A DNA stretch of 64,000 nucleotides, from positions 11,865-75,864 of the forward strand of contig DGDS01000016.1 of NCBI GenBank assembly GCA_002385575.1, given 5' to 3'. The translations under genes and the position numbers were made by a program. The notes under the pieces are model-generated. The model was not told the origin of the DNA and did no database searches. It worked only from the letters and a program-made list of their open reading frames with translations. This DNA comes from Bacillales bacterium UBA3946. Its GTDB lineage: Bacteria; Bacillota_I; Bacilli_A; ML615J-28; CAG-698. This document shows, in pieces, positions 21,105 to 30,322 of this stretch (the first letter of the stretch is position 1; each line of letters starts with the position of its first letter).

Positions 21105-21679
21105 TGGACCTCCGAATATTTATTATAAAGAGCGATTTGCTCCTGTGAATAATTGTTTAAGTCGATCATTTTCTTTTTGATTTTCTGGGCAATTGCCTTC
21201 CGGAAATCGATGCGGGCCGCTTCCCGGACTTCTTTCACGACGTCGGAAAGCCGCGTGTCGTCGATGAAGTCGGCGAGGAAGATCACTTCCGCCGTCAGAT
21301 CCATTTCCAGGCTGCCGGTCGTGTGCCAACGGACGGCGTTGAGGATGACCGGGTCGTCGATCCCGAGTTCTTCCATGATGACATAATGCCCGAGGAGGGC
21401 GTGCCAGGTTTTCGGTCCGTACTTCTTGATCTTCTCCTCGACGCCGTGCTGGCGGGCGAGTTCAAGGAGGCGTTCCGGCTTTTCAAACTTCGCGTAATCA
21501 TGCAATACCGCCGCCACAAGCGCCTTCTCCCGATCGACGGGAAGGGAAAACCGGTCGATCAGTTCCTCGCACGCGCGTGCCACCGCCAGCGAATGCAGGT
21601 ATCGGTGGATAATGCGCCGGTCGCCGCTTTGCAAGTATTTATGCCATAAGATCGTTTTGTATTCTTCCGCAGTCTTCAT
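21092..21679 (-). CDS. yqeK: HD-domain bis(5'-nucleosyl)-tetraphosphatase (symmetrical), YqeK family
   Basis: HD motifs (H..HSLAV, VLHDYAK). Sits in the conserved yqeG-yqeH-...-yqeK-rsfS context. Confidence 0.85.
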   Translation of the reverse strand: MKTAEEYKTILWHKYLQSGDRRIIHRYLHSLAVARACEELIDRFSLPVDREKALVAAVLHDYAKFEKPERLLELARQHGVEEKIKKYGPKTWHALLGHYVIMEELGIDDPVILNAVRWHTTGSLEMDLTAEVIFLADFIDDTRLSDVVKEVREAARIDFRKAIAQKIKKKMIDLNNYSQEQIALYNKYSEVQWKS

Positions 21680-21688
21680 ATATCAACC

Positions 21689-22786
21689 TCATATGATTGC
21701 CTTTCTGATCCCGAGGCGGATTTTCTCAAAACATGTGATAGCAACGCGTCCTTCCCCGACGAGCGTCACGAACCCAAGCCCGCTGATCGCAATGTCGGAT
21801 TTTTCCGGGCCGAACGCAAATTCCCTCGTTATCATATTTCCGAGACGTTTCCGTTCCGCGGGGGTCGGGATTTCCAGCAGGTCGTCGCGGTGGCGTTCGT
21901 AAAAGCCGTCGGCGTTTGTCAGTTTCACCCGATGGACGGGCACGGCGGGGGAAACATAAACGACGAACGAGGAAGATTGCCCGGATATAAACTTCAGGTA
22001 ACAAAATCCGCCGAGGAAAAGCGCCTGACCGGGATCGAGCTGGTAGACGCGCGGCCGGAGCGGTTTTTTTCCGACGAGTTTCTTCTGGTTATCGAAATCA
22101 AGGTAATATGTGGCCTGAGAGTCGTTCACGATTCCCGGCATGTCGATCAGCGTCAGGTCAGGTTCAAGTTCCGCTTTGATGAAGTCAAGGGTTGTGCCAA
22201 TGACCCCGCTAACGGTGATTTCTCCAGGGGTCTTCTTCACGCGCCCGACGAGGGCGTTGATGAGCGTCGATTTCCCGACGTTGGTCGTTCCAAAGAAATA
22301 TGTTTCCGCACCAGTTTTTCTCGCCCTGATCAGCGCCAACAGTTCGTCAAGATCGTCCCGACGGCGGGAGGATAAGACGAGCGCGGCGGATACGGAAAGG
22401 CCTTTCTCCTTAAGGAATTCCCGAACATAGTTTTCAATGCGCCCGCGCTTTACCGATTGCGGGAACAGGTCGAACTTATTCGCGACGAAGAATATAGGAT
22501 TATTCGGGAAATAGCGATTCAGGCCGGGCACATAGGTTCCCTCGAGGTCGAATACATCGACGACGTTGACGATCAGCGATTTGCTTTTCGCGACTTCCTT
22601 TATAAAGGCCTGCATGTCCACATCGGACACATCGATCGGCAACGGCCGGTTATAATGGATGAGGTTGTAACAACGCTCGCAGTAAAAGCTTTCGCTCCGT
22701 TTTTCCAATACGTCGGCGCGGACATAACCGCGGCGGGTCGGATCGACAGTCTGGACGGCGGCGCCGCATCCCCGACACTTATTCAT
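21689..22786 (-). CDS. yqeH: Ribosome biogenesis GTPase YqeH
   Basis: N-terminal zinc ribbon CRGCG...CERC and a circularly permuted GTPase (NKFDL ... GTTNVGKST). Confidence 0.85.
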   Translation of the reverse strand: MNKCRGCGAAVQTVDPTRRGYVRADVLEKRSESFYCERCYNLIHYNRPLPIDVSDVDMQAFIKEVAKSKSLIVNVVDVFDLEGTYVPGLNRYFPNNPIFFVANKFDLFPQSVKRGRIENYVREFLKEKGLSVSAALVLSSRRRDDLDELLALIRARKTGAETYFFGTTNVGKSTLINALVGRVKKTPGEITVSGVIGTTLDFIKAELEPDLTLIDMPGIVNDSQATYYLDFDNQKKLVGKKPLRPRVYQLDPGQALFLGGFCYLKFISGQSSSFVVYVSPAVPVHRVKLTNADGFYERHRDDLLEIPTPAERKRLGNMITREFAFGPEKSDIAISGLGFVTLVGEGRVAITCFEKIRLGIRKAII

Positions 22787-23369
22787 CCCACACCTCGAAT
22801 TTGCGATAGACCTCGGGATAGCGTTTCTTTATCTTTCTCAGGGCGTAATTCTCCAACTTCCGGTTCAGCCGCGTATACCATTTTTCCGTCCGGACGGCGA
22901 GCGGCTTGACAAGGTAAACATCGATGCCGGCGCGGTTCGATCCTAAAACATCGGTGATCAGTTGGTCGCCGATCGAGATGATCGCCTCCCGTCCCAACGG
23001 ACGCACGAGTTTCAGTGCCCGGCGGTAGCCGCGCTGAAAAGGTTTCATCGCGTTCTCGATGTAACGCGCCCCCGTCGCGCGCGCGAAGGTCTCCACCCGC
23101 TTCTTATGGTTATTGGAGATGAAAATAATCGCGAAGCCGATGTCCTGGATGCGCTTGAAAAGGGCGAGGAGGCGTTCGTTCGGCTCGCTTTCAGCGTAGG
23201 AAACCAGGGTATTGTCGATATCCATTAGTATTATTCGCTTACCGGCCTCATATAATTTATTGTAATCGATGTCGAAAACTGTCTTATATACGTCCTTGGG
23301 TAAAAAGTTTTTCAGTTTGAACAATCCAGCCAAAACCTCCGTAAAACAATTATACCAAAAAGGCTTCAA
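22779..23369 (-). CDS. yqeG: YqeG-family HAD phosphatase
   Basis: HAD motif I LMDIDNTL, IIIA subfamily. 8-nt overlap with yqeH. Confidence 0.8.
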   Translation of the reverse strand: MKPFWYNCFTEVLAGLFKLKNFLPKDVYKTVFDIDYNKLYEAGKRIILMDIDNTLVSYAESEPNERLLALFKRIQDIGFAIIFISNNHKKRVETFARATGARYIENAMKPFQRGYRRALKLVRPLGREAIISIGDQLITDVLGSNRAGIDVYLVKPLAVRTEKWYTRLNRKLENYALRKIKKRYPEVYRKFEVWDE

Positions 23370-23394
23370 AAAGTAAAAATAAAAAGGAGAAAAA

Positions 23395-24066
23395 ATGATC
23401 GACTTATTAAGCCTGATATTACTGCCGCTTCTGGGATCGATCGGCTCGCAAAGCTTCCCGGAAGTGCTAACGCCGGAGGAGGAGGAAGCCTACCTCAAGC
23501 GCTGGCAACAAGGCGACGAAGACGCCCGCAACGCTCTCATCGAGCACAATCTCCGCCTCGTCGCCCACATCGTCAAGAAGTTCGAAAACACCCGGGAAGA
23601 CAAGGACGATCTACTTTCGATCGGCGCCTTCGGCTTGATCAAGGCCGTCGATTCCTACAACTTTAATTCTTCCACGAAACTCGCGACTTATGCCGCGCGA
23701 TGCATCGAAAATGAGATCCTGATGTTCCTCCGCAGTTCGAAACGAAAACGCCAGGATACTTGGCTGTATGCGACAATCGGCGCCGACAAGGAAGGAAACG
23801 AGATCCGGCTCTGTGACGTGATCGAGGATCCCGGTAAATCGGCTTTTGAAAAACTCGTCCTTGAGGAGAAAATCGCGACGATCAAGGAAGCATTAAAGAT
23901 CCTCACGTCGCGCGAACTGGACATCATCTCCCGCCGTTTCGGTCTCAACGGCCGGGAGATCGAGACGCAGCGGGAAATCGCCCGCAGTCTTAAGATCTCG
24001 CGCAGCTACGTCTCGCGGATCGAGAAACGGGCGCTGACGAAACTCTTCCTGAAAATCAAAAAATAA
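23395..24066 (+). CDS. sigK: RNA polymerase sporulation sigma factor SigK; intact pro-sigma-K, not split by an intervening element
   Basis: Pro-sequence MIDLLSLILLPLLGSIGSQSFPEV, then LIEHNLRLVAHIVKKFENT, KLATYAARCIENEILM and ISRSYVSRIEKRAL, a near-signature match to Bacillus SigK regions 2-4. Confidence 0.85.
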   Translation: MIDLLSLILLPLLGSIGSQSFPEVLTPEEEEAYLKRWQQGDEDARNALIEHNLRLVAHIVKKFENTREDKDDLLSIGAFGLIKAVDSYNFNSSTKLATYAARCIENEILMFLRSSKRKRQDTWLYATIGADKEGNEIRLCDVIEDPGKSAFEKLVLEEKIATIKEALKILTSRELDIISRRFGLNGREIETQREIARSLKISRSYVSRIEKRALTKLFLKIKK

Positions 24067-24093
24067 GCGGCTTTCGGCCGCTTATTTCTCCGT

Positions 24094-25149
24094 TTACCGG
24101 CAGAGGTCGTCGAGGATCTCCAGAACCTTGGGAAGATGCGCCTCCCGGTCCGAAAAATACCGGAAGAACGCCGCCAGCTCGCAACAAACGAAATAAAATA
24201 TGTCCTCGTTTTCAAGCTGTTTGAACAGTTCCGGCAGCCGACGCTCAAGTTCTTTGGAAAATCCATCGTCCGCTTCTGTGAGGTCGAACGCGCGTCGTAA
24301 ACAGCGGTTGAACAATTCCATCCTTCTTTCCTCCCCGCCCGCAAGCATATAAATATCGCGATGGACGCGCGCCAGTTCGATACTTTTCGTCGCGTCGGGA
24401 AAGAGACGGGCAAAATTGATCGCCGGACTTTGCCGGGAAAGCCGGTAGAGCGCCGGAAGTTTTTCCGCGGCCGGGACGATCCGGCTTTCCAGCCGGTCGA
24501 GGGCACCGTAATTGATCTCGGCCCCGAGAACGAGTTTACCGTCCTTGCTTTCGACGTTGTTTCCGAGCAGGATGAAACCGGCCTCCTGGCGTTGATAGCG
24601 AATGTTGATCGCCTCCTTGATGCCAAAGACCTTCTCGTAGTCAAGGATGACCGGGTCGGATAACGTCCATTTCTGGATATAGCCGGCCGGAAGCTTGTCC
24701 CGGTTGGCGAAATAGGCGCCCAAGTCGGCGCTGGAAGCAAGCAGGTCCGCGCCCGCGAACAGCAGGTGGATTTTCCGTTTCACCGAATAAGCCCATTCGT
24801 TTTGCACGGGTATGAACCCGGCGTCGCGGGGGATAATGTGGACATAACCGTCCGCATCAAAATAATCCGCAGCCGCGAAATACAACGCGACGTCGTAGTT
24901 CCTGGTGACGTCGATCAGCCTGGTCCGAAACCCATAATGTTGGAGGGTAGCGAGTGCCTTGACATGCTCGCGTTCCCCCGCCCCGTCCACATCATATGAC
25001 TGGATATGCAGGGTTTCCGCCAAAGCGGCGATACTTTCCCGGTAATAGCGGCTTTCTGTCGCCAACGCGACGGGCCCGATTTCCTCGCGGACGAGCGTCG
25101 GGCGGATGCGCGCATACCTGCGCGGCTCGCCGCGGTAATATCCTTCCAT
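24094..25149 (-). CDS. FRG-domain protein (function unknown)
   Basis: N-terminal YRGE motif, LQHYGFRTRLIDVT (the FRG-domain LQHYG...TRLLD core), and a C-terminal helical extension of about 150 aa. Confidence 0.7.
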   Translation of the reverse strand: MEGYYRGEPRRYARIRPTLVREEIGPVALATESRYYRESIAALAETLHIQSYDVDGAGEREHVKALATLQHYGFRTRLIDVTRNYDVALYFAAADYFDADGYVHIIPRDAGFIPVQNEWAYSVKRKIHLLFAGADLLASSADLGAYFANRDKLPAGYIQKWTLSDPVILDYEKVFGIKEAINIRYQRQEAGFILLGNNVESKDGKLVLGAEINYGALDRLESRIVPAAEKLPALYRLSRQSPAINFARLFPDATKSIELARVHRDIYMLAGGEERRMELFNRCLRRAFDLTEADDGFSKELERRLPELFKQLENEDIFYFVCCELAAFFRYFSDREAHLPKVLEILDDLCR

Positions 25150-25170
25150 TCGTCAGTCTCCACCCTTCCC

Positions 25171-25446
25171 CTATAACAGGCTAATCAGCATGATTATCGA
25201 GAGGATAAAAAGCATGAGGGTGTTGTACAGGAAAAAGTTCGCGAGTTTCTTGTTATCCCGGCGGATGACGAACGAACAAAGCAAATTGATCGCGGACATG
25301 ATGAACATGAAGATCATCGTCGCCACCCCGGCAGTCAACACTTTAACCAATTGCAGGACCACGATCACCGCCAGCGCCACAGCGGCGACGGCGAACGCCA
25401 CAAATATCAGTTTTTCCTCAACCGGGTTGGTTTGCTTTTCTTTCAT
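25171..25446 (-). CDS. Small membrane protein (2-3 TM), unknown function
   Basis: Start MKEKQTNPVEEK after an AAGGAGG RBS. The ORF-track start at 25467 is the RBS itself. Confidence 0.5.
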   Translation of the reverse strand: MKEKQTNPVEEKLIFVAFAVAAVALAVIVVLQLVKVLTAGVATMIFMFIMSAINLLCSFVIRRDNKKLANFFLYNTLMLFILSIIMLISLL

Positions 25447-25485
25447 ATATCCTCCTTTTCGGCTCAAGTCCGGTTTTTATATTTC

Positions 25486-27378
25486 TTATCGGTCATACCA
25501 GCGCGCCTGAGTCGAATACAGACGGGCGTACTCACCGTTTCTGGCAAGCAGCTCTTCATGACGGCCGTCTTCGACAATCCTTCCGTCTTTGAAAACGACG
25601 ACCCTGTCCGCCAGCGCCGCGACGCTGATCCGGTGCGTGACCATGATGACGGTCTTATCGCGGGCGAGATCGATGTACTTGCGGAAGATATCCGTTTCCA
25701 CCAACGGATCGAGGTTGCTCGTCGGCTCGTCGAGGACGATAAAGTCGCGCTCGCGGTAATAGGCGCGGCCGATGGCGAGTTTTTGCCACTCACCTCCGGA
25801 AAGGTCAATTCCGCCGATGTCTTTGCCAAGCAAATCGTTCCGATCCGCTGCCGCGAATCCCGCAAAATCAAGCGCTGCGGTAATCCTTTCTTCAGCGCGC
25901 GGCCGGTCCGTTTCTCCAAGAAAGACGTTATCGCCGACGGTGAAAGTATCGAAACGGGCCGGATCCTGGAAGACGTAGGAGAAGGCTCCGTAGCGGCTCC
26001 CGTAGGCAAACCGGGACGCTTCTTCCCCGTTGATCAGGATCTCGCCCTGCGAGGGTTCAAGCAACCCCGTGAGCAGTTTCACAAACGTCGTCTTTCCGGC
26101 GCCGTTCTCGCCAACAAAGGCCAACTTTTCCCCGCGGCGGACGCGGAAATCGACGTTTTTGATGCGATAAACATCGGTCAGAGGATAGCGGTAGGAAACG
26201 TTCCGCGCTTCCAATTTTTCAATCGCAAGCGTTTCATCCGCGTCGCCATCAGGCTGCTCGTTCAGGTCAATGAACTCGAAAAACTGCGCAGCCTCATGCT
26301 TTTTGGAAAGAAAACCGGCAATGGCGGAAAAGAGTCGGCTCGTGCTGTCCATAAGCGTCGCGTTCAGGACCAAAACGGCTCCCAGCGCGCCGACCGAGAG
26401 TTTTCCTTTCGTCATCAGGATGATCGCAAACACGTTCGCGGCCAGCGCCACCACGTTCGCGATGAAACTGCTCGTCGTGTTCAGCATGAAGACGTTAAAC
26501 TGGTTCTTCTTTTCCTTGTAAAAAAACTCGTCGGCGCGTTCCTTCCATTTGGCGAAGAAGAAATCATGGAGGTTGAGCGCCTTGACTTCCTTGGCGGACT
26601 TGCCGATCATGATGTTTTGATAGTACTGCGCCTCGCGGAAGATTTTCGAATGGTTGCGCGTGAACTTAAACTTGAGTTTGTTTCCGATATAGGTCGTATA
26701 TAGCGTCGGCAGCGGCGCCATCAGGACGATCAGACACAGAAGCGGATGATACAGGTAGAGGGAGGCCGCGATCGCCAGTACGGAGATCACCTTGGCGATG
26801 ATGACGTAACCCTCGATGACCACGCCGCGCTGGAGCGCGCTCCATTCGCCGCCCATCGCGTCGAAACTGCGCTTGATGATGTCGTTGATCTTCGGCACTT
26901 CCATGTAATCGGGATATAGCCGGGCGATTTTCTGATAAAGCTTGGCGCGAAATTTTTCCTGCAAGCGGAGAGCCTGGACCTTGCTTAAGCGTTCGATATC
27001 CTCATAACCGTAAAGATAACGGTTCAAAAGATTCTGGGCGAACCCGATCAGCCAATACAGGGCGGCGAGCCCGGCAAGCGAAAGCATCTGCGGCAGCGAG
27101 ACGTCGATCGCGCCGAGGTGACGGTTGGCCGCGTCGATATATTTCCCCCAGATGAAGGCGGCCGCCGGCTGTAGAAGACTCAGAAAGATCGCAAGTCCGA
27201 GATAAATCCCGCACATCGCTTTCGCCGAACGGAAAACATACAGGAAAAGCCGGACCAGATAAGGAAACCGCGGTGGATTTTCCTTGAGGATGTCGCGCTC
27301 GAAGACGGCAGTATTGTCCTCGTGCTTGATTTCGAAGGCCAGGGCGACCGGATGCTTATTCTTCTTGGCCATTGCCAT
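25486..27378 (-). CDS. ABC transporter, fused permease/ATP-binding subunit (type I exporter half)
   Basis: Six-TM domain plus NBD (GENGAGKTT, LSGGEWQKLAIGRA, ILDEPTS). Start taken at MAMAKKNK with a GGAGAGGG RBS. Confidence 0.85.
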   Translation of the reverse strand: MAMAKKNKHPVALAFEIKHEDNTAVFERDILKENPPRFPYLVRLFLYVFRSAKAMCGIYLGLAIFLSLLQPAAAFIWGKYIDAANRHLGAIDVSLPQMLSLAGLAALYWLIGFAQNLLNRYLYGYEDIERLSKVQALRLQEKFRAKLYQKIARLYPDYMEVPKINDIIKRSFDAMGGEWSALQRGVVIEGYVIIAKVISVLAIAASLYLYHPLLCLIVLMAPLPTLYTTYIGNKLKFKFTRNHSKIFREAQYYQNIMIGKSAKEVKALNLHDFFFAKWKERADEFFYKEKKNQFNVFMLNTTSSFIANVVALAANVFAIILMTKGKLSVGALGAVLVLNATLMDSTSRLFSAIAGFLSKKHEAAQFFEFIDLNEQPDGDADETLAIEKLEARNVSYRYPLTDVYRIKNVDFRVRRGEKLAFVGENGAGKTTFVKLLTGLLEPSQGEILINGEEASRFAYGSRYGAFSYVFQDPARFDTFTVGDNVFLGETDRPRAEERITAALDFAGFAAADRNDLLGKDIGGIDLSGGEWQKLAIGRAYYRERDFIVLDEPTSNLDPLVETDIFRKYIDLARDKTVIMVTHRISVAALADRVVVFKDGRIVEDGRHEELLARNGEYARLYSTQARWYDR

Positions 27379-29170
27379 TTCCCTCTCCCGCCTTTTTATA
27401 CCATTGTTTCTGGGCGTTGAACATTTCCGCATAAATACCCGAACGCGCCATCAGTTCGTCATGCGTCCCCGTCTCGGCGATTTTCCCGTCGCTGATCACG
27501 AAGATCCGGTCGGTGATCATCGTCGAAGCAAGCCGGTGCGTGATGAAAAGCGCCGTTTTCCCGGCCGCCATCTGCGCAAATTCGCTATAAAGACCCGCTT
27601 CGGCAACCGGATCGAGCTGCGAAGTCGGCTCGTCCAGAAGCAGGACCGGCTTATCGCCCATGAAGGCGCGGGAAATCGCGATTCTCTGCCATTCACCGCC
27701 GGAGAGATCAACGCCGCCGGGGAAATCCCGGCCCAAAAGCGTGTCGTAGCCGGCGGGAAGTTTTTGGATGAAGGTGTCGGCTTCTCCTCTAACCGCTGCC
27801 GCTTTGATCTTTCTCTCGTCGTCAAGATGCTCGACATCGCCGATGCCGATGTTTTCCTGAACCGTGATGCTATAACGGCTGAAATCCTGGAAAACCGGGC
27901 CGAAGATTTTCGTCCGCTGGCTTAACGGATAGCTATTGAGGTTCTTTCCGCCGACGATGATTTCGCCCTTGTCGGGCGTGAAAAGCCCGAGCAGGAGTTT
28001 GATCAGGGTCGATTTACCGGCGCCGTTCTCGCCGACAAGCGAGGCTTTTTCCCCGGCGCTTACTTTCATTGAAAGTCCTTTAAGGATGTTCCGATCCGTT
28101 CCGGGATAGCGGAACCAGATGTCTTTCAGTTCGATATCGTATTTTTCCGGCAATTCCCCTTCCGGAGGCGCCGGTTCGTCCGATAACCGGAAAAACTTAT
28201 CGTAATACTCATAAAAATTGATATGGAACGGCGCCCACCTGAAGATATACGTGCTTCCGGAAAGGCTTTCGTAAAAACTGCCGAACATCAAAGTCGTCAC
28301 GGCGATGAACAGCCCGACGGAAATGTCCCCGCTGACAAAAAGGAAAAGGAGGATGATGACGTTGCCAAGCGCCGCAAACCGCGTCAGGTTTCCGCTCGCC
28401 AGGATCTTCCGAAGGTTTTTAAAGTAATAACGCTCGTATTCCCGGTTGCGTTCATTCATACGGGTTTTATAAACGTCGATGAGGTATTCGGCGTTACCGA
28501 ACGCCTTCAGTTCCTTGGAATAACCCCGCGATTGCAGGTATTCCCCAAGCGTCTCGTATTTTCTTTCCTGCTTCCAGTACTTCTCCATTTCGAGATAAAT
28601 ATTATAGTTCACGCGGCTCTGGAGATAGGTCTCGATTATGAAGGGAATCAGCGCCGGGAAGAGCAGCCACCATTTAATCCCGCCCAGGTATATCAGGGAA
28701 CCGATGCTGGCGATGCTGGAACTCAGCCAATAGTAAACATACATCGGCCACAGGTGCCGGGCCGCGCCCTCGGCGCGGTAATAAGCCTTGTCGATGATTT
28801 CCGCGGTCTCTTCGTTCTCGAAATGTTCGTATTTCATCGTCTTCAGTTTCCGGATAAGTCGCGCCTTATATACCGTTCGCAATATCAACTGCGAACGAGG
28901 CTCGACGAAATTCCAGATGACGCCGTTTATCAGATACGGCAAAAGCGCGATCAGAACATAAAAGACCAGGTTCAGCGAATAGGCGCCGAAGGTCATCGTG
29001 CCGGAAGCGACCTTGAGTCCGCCGTCGATAACCTGTTGCTTGATATAGATCGTCGCCGGCGTCACCAATCCGCTTGCGATCGCGGCGATAAAGGCGATTA
29101 TCACCATAGCGGGCGCTTCCGCGAAGATTATCCCCAGTAAGTCCTTATACGCCCTCCAAATTCTTTTCAT
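27356..29170 (-). CDS. ABC transporter, fused permease/ATP-binding subunit (partner half of a heterodimeric exporter)
   Basis: TMD plus NBD (GENGAGKST, LSGGEWQRIAISRA, LLDEPTS). 23-nt overlap with the downstream partner. Confidence 0.85.
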   Translation of the reverse strand: MKRIWRAYKDLLGIIFAEAPAMVIIAFIAAIASGLVTPATIYIKQQVIDGGLKVASGTMTFGAYSLNLVFYVLIALLPYLINGVIWNFVEPRSQLILRTVYKARLIRKLKTMKYEHFENEETAEIIDKAYYRAEGAARHLWPMYVYYWLSSSIASIGSLIYLGGIKWWLLFPALIPFIIETYLQSRVNYNIYLEMEKYWKQERKYETLGEYLQSRGYSKELKAFGNAEYLIDVYKTRMNERNREYERYYFKNLRKILASGNLTRFAALGNVIILLFLFVSGDISVGLFIAVTTLMFGSFYESLSGSTYIFRWAPFHINFYEYYDKFFRLSDEPAPPEGELPEKYDIELKDIWFRYPGTDRNILKGLSMKVSAGEKASLVGENGAGKSTLIKLLLGLFTPDKGEIIVGGKNLNSYPLSQRTKIFGPVFQDFSRYSITVQENIGIGDVEHLDDERKIKAAAVRGEADTFIQKLPAGYDTLLGRDFPGGVDLSGGEWQRIAISRAFMGDKPVLLLDEPTSQLDPVAEAGLYSEFAQMAAGKTALFITHRLASTMITDRIFVISDGKIAETGTHDELMARSGIYAEMFNAQKQWYKKAGEGNGNGQEE

Positions 29171-29321
29171 AGCATACTCCTTGGGTTTACTATGATAACA
29201 TTATACAATATCCCCGGGAAAAAGTAAATAAGCGCCGAACGTTGGAAATGGCTTTGAAGAAAAAAAGACCGCTTGTCATAATCACCAGGGTCTTTTTTAT
29301 CTTTTGTATCACGGGTGATTT

Positions 29322-29920
29322 TCAGCAATGATCCCGGCACGACTGTTTCGTAATCAAATCCGGATGCGTGAAACTGTATACATCTATTTCCATATCGTTG
29401 ATTTTGATCGACGTTATCTCTTCATCGAGCATGAAAAAACAGAACGGCTCTTCCAATTCGGAAATCAGGGTTCCGTTTATCTCAAGTTTGTTGATGTTCA
29501 TCGCATCCAAACCAACCACGTAATAATACTTATTGCCGACATTAATTCCGCTGATTCTAAACTCATTGTTCTCAAGGATTTTATACATCTTTTTGTCATA
29601 GGTCTTGAAATTCTTAAAATAAAGACCGATGTGCTTGTTATAGACATACAGGTCATAGATGGGACGGCTGTCATACTTGTATTCGGTTATGATGATCGCC
29701 TTCCCGTCGCCGATTGATTCGCTCGCGACATACTTTTCTCTGTTCTTACTGACGGTTTCATAGGTGAAACGCGCCGATGGGGAAAAGTCCAATTTCCAAC
29801 TCGAGCAAGAAAAGGATGATTAAAGCAAAGAAGACGATTGACGGCTTCTTCCCCCTTCTTATGATCATGTATGCGAGAAAGCATAAAACACCGGCAATTT
29901 TAAATATTAAACTCATTCTC
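29322..29920 (-). pseudogene. Apparently frameshifted gene for an N-terminally membrane-anchored, Lys/Tyr/Asn-rich protein of unknown function
   Basis: Frame A, from ATG 29920, reads MSLIFKIAGVLCFLAYMIIRRGKKPSIVFFALIILFLLELEIGLFPIGAFHL*. It runs into frame B, ..KLDFSPSARFTYETVSKNREKY.. (the 156-aa ORF 29322..29792), with a +1 shift near 29795-29800. The region is AT-rich. Confidence 0.3.
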
Positions 29921-30088
29921 CGCTCACCCCGTTTCCTGATAAATAATTATATGGACCTTATCCATAAATATTGTATAATAAAGTACTGTTTATCACAACC
30001 CTATTTCCTCTTCTATCATTATCATATCCTCACGCTTTTCGCATAGTTCGCCTTTTTTCAGGCAAACTATAGGAAAGGAGGAAAGACG

Positions 30089-30256
30089 ATGAACGACAAA
30101 AACCAAAAACGGGAACTCACTTATAACGAAGCCAAGGCACTTCTGGAGCAAATGTACGCCAAGGGCGATGTCGAGTTCGCCAAAGAACTATGGGGCGGTA
30201 AACAGAACGAAAACGAACAGCCGAAAAATCAACCCGCCGAAAAAGAACCGGAATGA
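30089..30256 (+). CDS. Small hydrophilic protein (55 aa), unknown function; not in the ORF track
   Basis: Strong RBS AGGAAAGGAGGAAAGACG-ATG. Product MNDKNQKRELTYNEAKALLEQMYAKGDVEFAKELWGGKQNENEQPKNQPAEKEPE. A terminator follows immediately. Confidence 0.45.
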   Translation: MNDKNQKRELTYNEAKALLEQMYAKGDVEFAKELWGGKQNENEQPKNQPAEKEPE

Positions 30257-30270
30257 CCAGGTTCCCGTAA

Positions 30271-30312
30271 GATAAAAAGCGTTGATCGCACAGGATCAAC
30301 GCTTTTTCTTGG
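30271..30312. terminator. Bidirectional rho-independent terminator (small ORF / asnA)
   Basis: AAAAAGCGTTGATC-gcacag-GATCAACGCTTTTT, a perfect 13-bp stem with an A-run on one side and a T-run on the other. Confidence 0.7.
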
Positions 30313-30322
30313 TATGGGGGGA

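Noticed and set aside
24006-24740. 244-aa ORF overlapping the FRG gene on the same strand in another frame.
   Set aside because: It is Arg/Ser/Thr-rich, an alternative-frame artefact, whereas the FRG frame carries the conserved motifs.
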